Origin: Edaphobacter aggregans
Lineage (GTDB): Bacteria > Acidobacteriota > Terriglobia > Terriglobales > Acidobacteriaceae
Length of the DNA stretch: 32,000 nucleotides
Assembly: GCF_003945235.1 (NCBI RefSeq)
Contig: NZ_RSDW01000001.1
Location: forward strand, 1,230,001-1,262,000
Direction: 5' to 3'
Shown: in pieces, positions 1-6,281 of the stretch
Position numbering within the stretch: position 1 is the stretch's first letter
How the letters are laid out: every line of letters starts with the position of its first letter
The notes under the pieces: model-generated
What the model was told of the DNA's origin: nothing
Database searches by the model: none
What the model saw: only the letters and a program-made list of their open reading frames with translations
Program-made: the position numbers and the translations under genes

Positions 1-724
1 CGTCCGCCCACTCCCACGCATCGCCCAGGTGCATGTTGTGGCAAATCGCAACCACGATCCGTCCATGGTCATCGCGAATCGCCCGCCACTTCGCCACATA
101 GCCGTCCTTCTCATACGTCCTGCCCGTGCGAATGTACTGCTCGCCCGGCACCTGAAACCGATCGTCCATGTCATACAGCACATGAAAAATCTCGTCCTTG
201 TTCTCCAAATCCTCGACCGGCCGATCCGGAAAGACCTGCCGCATGCCATTCATGAAGTTCTCCCAATCGGCCGTCCCGTGGAAATCATCCACCATCAGAA
301 ATCCGCCCTTCAGCAGATACTCCCGTAGCCGCTTCGCCTCTTCCTCCGTAAACGACCACGTCTGCACCTGCACCGCATACACCCACGGATAATTGAAGAT
401 ATCGTCCGAATCCAGGTTCACCACCTGCTCTGTAGGACGACCCTCAATCCGCGTCAGCCGATTCAGCGCAATCAAAAACTGCCTGTCAGCCTTCGGATAA
501 TCCCGCGACCAGGTCGCCCACCCGCGCCCATAGTACCCACCATATCCCCCATAACCGCTGCTCCCCAGGTTCGACGTATAACTCAGCCGCGACCACGCAA
601 ACTCAGCCTTTACATTACTTTGCTCCGGCTGATACCCCCAGTCCGCCACCCGCTGATACGCAGCCACCGCCGAGCAGAACACCACTGCGACCACGGCAAC
701 CAACATCGCCTGCACGACCTTCAT
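1..724 (-). CDS. DUF4159-like protein with N-terminal membrane anchor; partial (C-terminus lies beyond the left window edge)
   Basis: The reverse-strand frame from ATG 724-722 stays open to position 2; I checked every codon and found no TTA/CTA/TCA in frame on the + strand. An in-frame TGA at 781-779 upstream fixes the start. The ORF track misses it because its stop lies outside the window. The translation starts MKVVQAMLVAVVAVVFCSAVAAYQRV (hydrophobic helix). It continues ...NLDSDDIFNYPWVYAVQVQTWSFTEEEAKRLREYLLKGGFLMVDDFHGTADWENFMNGMRQVFPDRPVEDL..., which matches my memory of the DUF4159 family pattern. Confidence 0.7.
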   Translation of the reverse strand, partial: MKVVQAMLVAVVAVVFCSAVAAYQRVADWGYQPEQSNVKAEFAWSRLSYTSNLGSSGYGGYGGYYGRGWATWSRDYPKADRQFLIALNRLTRIEGRPTEQVVNLDSDDIFNYPWVYAVQVQTWSFTEEEAKRLREYLLKGGFLMVDDFHGTADWENFMNGMRQVFPDRPVEDLENKDEIFHVLYDMDDRFQVPGEQYIRTGRTYEKDGYVAKWRAIRDDHGRIVVAICHNMHLGDAWEWAD

Positions 725-930
725 CGGCGGACCCCCGGTAGTGGGTGCTAGTAGGCGCGAGAATATCAGACTTTCCGATCAATCCGTGCCCGGCAACGTT
801 CGCCCCTACGGTGTTGCTATAGACGAAGCCCACCGGCAACATGTTGCGTCCACCCATCACGATTTCGCCCATATAATGGCCACGCTTCAGAAATCGCTTT
901 CTCAAACGCATCTAGCAGGAGACAAACCAC

Positions 931-3609
931 ATGGCACATCATCATATCCGCCTACTATCCGGCATATTCGCTGCCCTGACCCTCCTGCCGCTCCGTGCTC
1001 AACAACAACCAGACCCCGCCACACTCCCCTACATGAACCCCGCGCTCCCCATTGACCAGCGCGTCGACGACCTCATCGGCCGCATGACCCTCGAAGAAAA
1101 AGTCTCCCAGATGCGCGACCGAGCCCCCACGATCTCGCGCCTCAACATCCCCCGCTACGACTGGTGGAACGAAGGCCTGCACGGCGTCGCCTTCGCCGGT
1201 AACGCCACCAACTTCCCGCAAGTCATCGGCATGGCCGCCACATGGGACACCGACCTCGTCCACACCATGGGCCAGACCATCTCCACCGAAGCCCGCGCCA
1301 AATACAACCAGGCCATGCGCGACAACGACCACGAGATGTTCTTCGGCCTCACCTTCTGGGCGCCCAACATCAACATCTTTCGTGACCCCCGCTGGGGCCG
1401 CGGCCAGGAGACCTACGGCGAAGATCCATTCCTCACCGGCCGCATGGGTGTAGCCTTCGTCTCCGGCATGCAGGGCGACGACCCCAAATACCTCAAGCTC
1501 GTCTCCACCCCCAAACACTACGCCGTCCACAGCGGCCCCGAGCTCCTCCGCCACCGCTTCAACGTCGACGTCTCCCCGCACGATCTCGAAGACACCTACC
1601 TCCCAGCCTTCCGCGCCACCGTAACCGACGCCCACGCTCAATCCGTCATGTGCGCCTACAACGCAATCGACGGCGCCCCCGCCTGCGCCAACACCATGCT
1701 CCTCCGCGACCACCTCCGCGACGCCTGGCACTTCGACGGCTATGTCGTCAGCGACTGCGCCGCCGTAGCCGACGTCAACACCGGACACCACTACGCCCCC
1801 GACATGGCCCACGCCGCCGCCGCCGCCCTCAAAGCTGGCACCGATCTCGAGTGCGGCTTCGGCCAGGGCCAAGCCTTCCCCGCTCTCGTCGAAGCGGTCA
1901 AACAGAACCTCATCACCGAAGAAGAAATCAACACCGCCTTGCATCGCCTCTTCCGCGCACGCTTCCGCCTCGGCATGTTCGATCCGCCCTCCACCTACGC
2001 CTACGGCCGCATCCCCTTCACCGAAGACAACTCCCCCGAGCACCGCGCCCTCTCTCTCAAGGCCGCGCGTGAATCCATGGTCCTCCTCAAAAACGAGAAC
2101 CACACCCTGCCCTTGAAATCCGGCACCCGTCACATCGCCGTCATCGGCCCCACAGCAGAGCTCGTCCAATCCCTCCAGGGCAACTACAACGGACCGCCGC
2201 CAAACCCCGTCTACCCGCTCGAAGGAATCGAAAAGCGCTTCTCCTCCGCGCAAGTCGCCTACGCCCAGGGCTCAACCCTCGCCGAAGGCCTGGCCATGCC
2301 CATCGCCCACACGGCCCTCCACCCCAGCAAGGGCACCGGCAGCGGCCTCACCGGCGAGTACTTCAACTCCAAAGACCTCAGCGGCACCCCTATCCTCACG
2401 CGCACTGACCGCCGCATCAACTTCAATTGGGATAAAGTCATCCCCATCCCCGGCCTCGAGCGCAACAACTTCTCCATCCGCTGGACCGGCACCTTCACCC
2501 CACCCGCCCCCGGCGACTACAAGCTCGGTGTACGCGTCAACTACTGCTACGCCTGCGAAAACGCCGAAGGCTTCAAGCTCTATTTTGACGACAGGCTGAT
2601 CCTCGAAAGCAGCGCGAAGAGAACCGGCGAGCGCGGCTCCGTCATCGAAGCCCCCATCACCCTCACCGACACCAAACCCCACCCCATCCGCCTCGAATAC
2701 CTCCACGGCTCAGGCAGCGCAGGCATCGACCTCACCTGGCAAGCCCCCGCCGCCGCCCTCCGTGACGAGGCCGTCCAGGCAGCCAGGAGCTCCGACGTCA
2801 CCATCGCCCTCATGGGCCTCTCCCCGTCCCTCGAAGGCGAAGAGATGCCCGTCAAGCTCGAAGGCTTCAGCGGAGGAGACCGCACCGCCATCAACCTCCC
2901 AGCCGTGCAGGAAGAACTCCTCAAAGCCGTAGCCGCCACCGGCAAACCCCTCATCGTCGTCCTGCAAAACGGCAGCGCACTCGCCGTCAACTGGGCGCAA
3001 CAAAACGCGCAGGCCATCCTCGAAGCCTGGTACCCCGGCGAAGAGGGCGGCACCGCCATCGCCCAAACCCTCGCCGGAGACAACAACCCCGCCGGCCGGC
3101 TCCCCCTCACCTTCTACGCCTCCCTCGACCAGATCCCGCCCTTCGAGGAATACTCCATGAAGGACCGCACCTACCGCTACTTCCACGGCAAGCCACTCTT
3201 CAACTTCGGCGACGGACTCAGCTACACCACCTTCGCCTACAGCGCCGTCAAAGCCCCATCCGCCGCCGTCAAAGCAGGCGACCCCGTCACCATCGAAGGC
3301 ACCGTCAAAAACACCGGCCCCGTAGCCGGAGACGAAGTAGTCGAGCTCTACCTAACCCAACCCCAATCCCCCGAAACCCCCATCCGCCTCCTCGCCGGCT
3401 TCAAGCGAGTCCACCTCAACCCCGGTCAATCCACCAACGTAGCCCTCACCATCGACCCACGCCAGCTATCCCAGGTCGACTCCAAAGGCACCCGCACCAT
3501 CCTCCCCGGCGAATACACCATCTCCCTCGGAGGCTCCCAACCCAACGGCACCTCCACCACCCAAACCACCAAATTCACTATCACAGGCCAAGCCGAACTC
3601 CCAAAATAG
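931..3609 (+). CDS. Secreted glycoside hydrolase family 3 (beta-glucosidase/beta-xylosidase type) with inserted PA14 domain
   Basis: 892-aa ORF with an AGGAGA Shine-Dalgarno at 917-922, 8 nt before the ATG. The N-terminus looks like a signal peptide (LLSGIFAALTLLPLRAQ). GH3-type motifs are present: KHYAVHSGPE and GYVVSDC (nucleophile Asp context). A PA14-like insert reads GEYFNSKDLSGTP..INFNW..FSIRWTG..YKLGVRV. A C-terminal Fn3-like tail follows. Confidence 0.9.
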   Translation: MAHHHIRLLSGIFAALTLLPLRAQQQPDPATLPYMNPALPIDQRVDDLIGRMTLEEKVSQMRDRAPTISRLNIPRYDWWNEGLHGVAFAGNATNFPQVIGMAATWDTDLVHTMGQTISTEARAKYNQAMRDNDHEMFFGLTFWAPNINIFRDPRWGRGQETYGEDPFLTGRMGVAFVSGMQGDDPKYLKLVSTPKHYAVHSGPELLRHRFNVDVSPHDLEDTYLPAFRATVTDAHAQSVMCAYNAIDGAPACANTMLLRDHLRDAWHFDGYVVSDCAAVADVNTGHHYAPDMAHAAAAALKAGTDLECGFGQGQAFPALVEAVKQNLITEEEINTALHRLFRARFRLGMFDPPSTYAYGRIPFTEDNSPEHRALSLKAARESMVLLKNENHTLPLKSGTRHIAVIGPTAELVQSLQGNYNGPPPNPVYPLEGIEKRFSSAQVAYAQGSTLAEGLAMPIAHTALHPSKGTGSGLTGEYFNSKDLSGTPILTRTDRRINFNWDKVIPIPGLERNNFSIRWTGTFTPPAPGDYKLGVRVNYCYACENAEGFKLYFDDRLILESSAKRTGERGSVIEAPITLTDTKPHPIRLEYLHGSGSAGIDLTWQAPAAALRDEAVQAARSSDVTIALMGLSPSLEGEEMPVKLEGFSGGDRTAINLPAVQEELLKAVAATGKPLIVVLQNGSALAVNWAQQNAQAILEAWYPGEEGGTAIAQTLAGDNNPAGRLPLTFYASLDQIPPFEEYSMKDRTYRYFHGKPLFNFGDGLSYTTFAYSAVKAPSAAVKAGDPVTIEGTVKNTGPVAGDEVVELYLTQPQSPETPIRLLAGFKRVHLNPGQSTNVALTIDPRQLSQVDSKGTRTILPGEYTISLGGSQPNGTSTTQTTKFTITGQAELPK

Positions 3610-3650
3610 GGGGTTCGGCTTCACCCAGCACCAAACTGGCGAGGTTGCCA

Positions 3651-4118
3651 ATGACGAATCTGTTGACGTCAATACTTTTAGCTTGCGTGTTCTTGGCTCA
3701 AGCGGGCAAACCTTCTCAGGCGACCGACGTAATCGTTCGCTTGGTCTATCTAGACAGCGGAAAGCCTGCAGAAGGTCAGCAGATTATTCTCTATGAGGGA
3801 AATCCATCACTGGCCGCCACAAGTCGTTCTAAACAGATAACAGACAGGGATGGCGTAGCGAGATTTCGCGTGTCCACTCCCTTTCCTGAGAAGGTGTGGG
3901 TCGATGACAACAACGGGTCGATCAGAAACTGTGCATGGGAGGATCAGATTCCGCTCCATGAAATCCTGTCCGAGGGGGTGACTATTGGAAAGGATAATAG
4001 GTTCGGGTCATCCTGCAAGGGTGGGCAAGATACTATCGCCCAGCTAGGTGCGAAACCCGGTGAGGTCGTTCTTTTCGTTCGTAAGGTGAGCAACTGGGAT
4101 AACATTCGCCATTACTGA
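3651..4118 (+). CDS. Hypothetical small secreted protein (orphan; possibly a transthyretin/CarboxypepD_reg-like beta-sandwich)
   Basis: The track ORF starts at TTG 3645. I prefer ATG 3651, which has GGCGAGG 8 nt upstream. The N-terminal signal-like helix is MTNLLTSILLACVFLAQAG. The pattern VIVRLVYLDSGKPAEGQQIILY...ITDRDGVARFRV recalls carboxypeptidase-regulatory-like domains. G+C is lower than in the neighbours: 31-33 of 60 on two sampled lines against 39 of 60 in the GH3 gene. I recognise no family confidently. Confidence 0.5.
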   Translation: MTNLLTSILLACVFLAQAGKPSQATDVIVRLVYLDSGKPAEGQQIILYEGNPSLAATSRSKQITDRDGVARFRVSTPFPEKVWVDDNNGSIRNCAWEDQIPLHEILSEGVTIGKDNRFGSSCKGGQDTIAQLGAKPGEVVLFVRKVSNWDNIRHY

Positions 4119-4153
4119 CCCTATGAATCAATGGCGCTCGAGTGGCACCTTCG

Positions 4154-4537
4154 GGCGGGTGGCCCATACATAAAAACCCGCCGACACATTGGGTGCCCCA
4201 TTCATGCGGTCTCATCGCATGAGTGGGGCATTCGCGCAAAGCGCGAACCGCTCTCCCATCCCAGCCACAAGTCCCAGCACGCAGTCCGAACATTACAGAA
4301 ACGAAGCAAAGAGCATCTAGGTAAGCCAAGCCTTCAGGCTTGGCCCTCTCCCGCACGCCTAAGAAAGGGGCTTTAGCCCCTGGGGTATGCCTTCCACCGA
4401 TCCGCCCCCTAAAAACCTGTCAAGCCCCACTCCAACCTAACCCATTCCCCCACAACAACATCCATCTGCCAATTAATTACCCTCAACCAGCTAAAATAGA
4501 ACTAGAGAACAAAAGAGCCACGGACAGCGGTGGCTCT
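4154..4537. repeat. Array of six independent stem-loops (REP-like palindromic elements) in a non-coding spacer
   Basis: Six hairpins were read directly from the sequence.
- 4154-4182: GGCGGGT/ACCCGCC.
- 4194-4230: TGCCCCATTCATGCG-gtctcat-CGCATGAGTGGGGCA, 15 bp with one G-U pair.
- 4231-4247: TTCGCGC-aaa-GCGCGAA.
- 4325-4344: GCCAAGCC-ttca-GGCTTGGC.
- 4366-4381: AGGGGC-ttta-GCCCCT.
- 4514-4537: AGAGCCAC-ggacagcg-GTGGCTCT, followed by TTGCCGTT. Confidence 0.65.
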
Positions 4538-4550
4538 TTGCCGTTAAAGA

Positions 4551-4626
4551 ACCGAAGTCCAGACCTAAACCATCTAGTTCGAAGACTTTAGGACTAAAAG
4601 TACGGGGAGGGGGTACCACCCACACA
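4551..4626 (+). repeat. 76-bp direct repeat, copy A
   Basis: An ungapped hand alignment to 4686-4761 gives 61/76 identical bases. The shared core is ACCGAAGTCCAGACCTAA...CTTCGAAGACTTTAGGAC..AAAGTAC...TACCACCCA. Each copy can form a bulged hairpin (GTC-cagac-CTAAA pairing with TTTAGGAC). Confidence 0.75.
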
Positions 4627-4685
4627 AAAACAGATCCGTAAAATCCGTGCCTATCCGTGGTCAAGCCTTTCGTCTCCACCACAGG

Positions 4686-4761
4686 ACCGAAGTCCAGACC
4701 TAACTCGCCTACTTCGAAGACTTTAGGACCGAAAGTACCCAAGGGGCATACCACCCAAACA
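4686..4761 (+). repeat. 76-bp direct repeat, copy B (135 bp downstream of copy A, ends 52 bp before the oxidase start)
   Basis: See copy A: 61/76 identity in the same orientation. Confidence 0.75.
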
Positions 4762-4813
4762 CTTGTAACTCCAACCAAGGCATGAGACCATCCCACCAGC
4801 AGGAGACCCATCC

Positions 4814-6265
4814 GTGCAGCGGCGTGACTTCCTCAGGTACACCAGCCTCACCCTGGCCCAGGCAGCAACAACCCGGCTCCTGCCCGCCCAGATGCCGATG
4901 GCACAGGACCACGGCTCCACTCCCGCCCCCGAGGGCAAAGCCGACTACACCCTCCACATCGCCCCCGTCACCGTCGAGCTCGCCCCCGAGCGAGTCATCA
5001 GCACCATCGGCTACAACGGCCTCACCCCCGGCCCCGTCCTTCGAATGAAAGAAGGCAAACCCATCACCGTCGACGTCATCAACTCCACCGACGTCCCCGA
5101 ACTGGTCCACTGGCACGGCCTCCTCATCCCCGCCGAAGTCGACGGAGTCGAAGAAGAAGCCACGCCCTTCGTCCCGCCACAAGGTCGCCGACGCTACCAG
5201 TTCACCCCGCGCCCAGCCGGCTCCCGCTGGTACCACTCCCACGCCATGGCCTTCTCCGACCTCCACAAAGGCGCCTACACCGGCCAGTTCGGCTTCCTCC
5301 ACATCGACTCCGGCAACGACCCCGGCCAGTACGATCAGGAAATCTTCCTCGCCCTCCGCGACTGGGAGCCCTTCTTCACCACCTTCATGGACGACACCGA
5401 CGAGGAGGGCCAGAACGACCCGCAACTGGAGAAGCCCGCTGTCCTCAACACCGCCCCGAACGGCCTCGAGGTCAACTCCATGACTTACTCCATCAACGAC
5501 AAGTCCCTCGGTGCCGGCGAACCCATCCGCGTCAAGGAAGGCCAGCGCATCCTCCTCCACCTCCTCAACGCCAGCGCCATCGAGAACCGCCGCATCGCCC
5601 TTCCCGGCCACAAGTTCCGGGTCATCGCCCTCGACGGCAACCCCGTCCCTTCACCCCAACTCGTCGAGACCCTCTTCCTCGGCGCCGGCGAGCGCATCGA
5701 CGCCACCGTCGAGATGACCAACCCCGGCGTCTGGATCCTCGGCGCCACCGAAGACCCCATCCGCGCCGCCGGCCTCGGCATCGTCGTCGAGTACGCCAAC
5801 CAGCACCATCCACCCCAGTGGATCAAGCCCTCCACCCTACGCTGGGACTACGCCATCTTCTCCGCCCCCGAAGGCACCCACCCCACCCCACCCCCAGACC
5901 ACACCTTCGACATGACCTTCGAAAAAATTCCAAGCGGCTCCGGCAAATTCAACACCTGGCTAGTCAACGGCAAACCCTATCCTCACGAGAACGAATTCGT
6001 CCTCCAGCAGGGTGCACGCTACCGCCTTATCTTCCGCAACCGCACTGACGACGCTCACCCCATGCACCTCCACCGCCATCAACTCGAACTCACCGAGATC
6101 AACGGCCGCAAAACCTCCGGCATCATCAAGGACACCGTAGTAGTCCCCTATTACGGCCGAGCCAGCGTCGACTTTACCGCCAACCAACCCGGCCTCACCC
6201 TCTTCCACTGCCACATCCAGCAGCACATGGACTTCGGCTTCAAAGCCCTCTTCCGCTATGTCTAG
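4814..6265 (+). CDS. Tat-exported three-domain multicopper oxidase (laccase/CueO-like)
   Basis: GTG start with an AGGAGA Shine-Dalgarno at 4801-4806. A twin-arginine leader reads MQRRDFLRYTSLTLAQAA. All four copper-binding motifs are present: VHWHG, WYHSH, HPMHLHRH and HCHIQQHMDFGF. Confidence 0.9.
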   Translation: MQRRDFLRYTSLTLAQAATTRLLPAQMPMAQDHGSTPAPEGKADYTLHIAPVTVELAPERVISTIGYNGLTPGPVLRMKEGKPITVDVINSTDVPELVHWHGLLIPAEVDGVEEEATPFVPPQGRRRYQFTPRPAGSRWYHSHAMAFSDLHKGAYTGQFGFLHIDSGNDPGQYDQEIFLALRDWEPFFTTFMDDTDEEGQNDPQLEKPAVLNTAPNGLEVNSMTYSINDKSLGAGEPIRVKEGQRILLHLLNASAIENRRIALPGHKFRVIALDGNPVPSPQLVETLFLGAGERIDATVEMTNPGVWILGATEDPIRAAGLGIVVEYANQHHPPQWIKPSTLRWDYAIFSAPEGTHPTPPPDHTFDMTFEKIPSGSGKFNTWLVNGKPYPHENEFVLQQGARYRLIFRNRTDDAHPMHLHRHQLELTEINGRKTSGIIKDTVVVPYYGRASVDFTANQPGLTLFHCHIQQHMDFGFKALFRYV

Positions 6266-6281
6266 ATAAGTAACCGAGCAG

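Noticed and set aside
29-392. Plus-strand ORFs 29-328 and 198-392 at the left edge
   Set aside because: They lie antisense to a much better minus-strand frame, the DUF4159-like gene at 1-724. That frame has a TM helix and family-like motifs and stays open for 241 codons. The plus-strand translations are featureless.
615-911. Minus-strand 98-aa ORF spanning the DUF4159 start and the GH3 upstream region
   Set aside because: It is in a different frame from the DUF4159-like gene, is Gly/Arg-rich with no motifs, and covers what is more plausibly the divergent promoter region.
955-2253. 432-aa minus-strand ORF
   Set aside because: It is antisense to the GH3 gene. The translation is Gly/Val/Ala/Glu/Asp-rich low complexity, typical of a shadow ORF in high-GC DNA, and has no recognisable motifs.
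931-3609. GH3 beta-glucosidase as the bglX-type accessory gene of the cellulose synthase operon
   Set aside because: It is about 18 kb away from bcsC, on the opposite strand, and separated by unrelated housekeeping genes. There is no evidence of linkage.
4551-4761. Possible CRISPR array
   Set aside because: There are only two copies. The units are 76 bp long and only about 80% identical, the spacing is 135 bp, and there are no cas genes in the window.
4033-4811. Four ORFs (4033-4356 minus, 4131-4376 plus, 4340-4591 plus, 4491-4811 minus) in the spacer upstream of the oxidase
   Set aside because: They read through palindromic hairpins and the 76-bp direct repeats on both strands. The apparent internal protein repeats (for example TFGPKVFEVGELGLDFGP) simply mirror the DNA repeat. 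There are no Shine-Dalgarno sequences and no motifs.
4119-4813. Possible oriC, given the nearby strand-composition switch and the long non-coding spacer
   Set aside because: There is no cluster of TTATCCACA-like DnaA boxes; the best is CTATCCGTG. There is no clear AT-rich unwinding element and no dnaA or dnaN nearby. The composition flip is at about 6.27 kb, not here. A lone CTATCCACC-like box at 11534-11542 (minus strand) is also insufficient.
4709-5611. 300-aa minus-strand ORF, with other alternative-frame ORFs inside the oxidase gene
   Set aside because: It is antisense or off-frame to a gene that has all four copper motifs and a Tat leader. The translations are low-complexity Gly/Val/Glu/Ala or Arg/Pro-rich.
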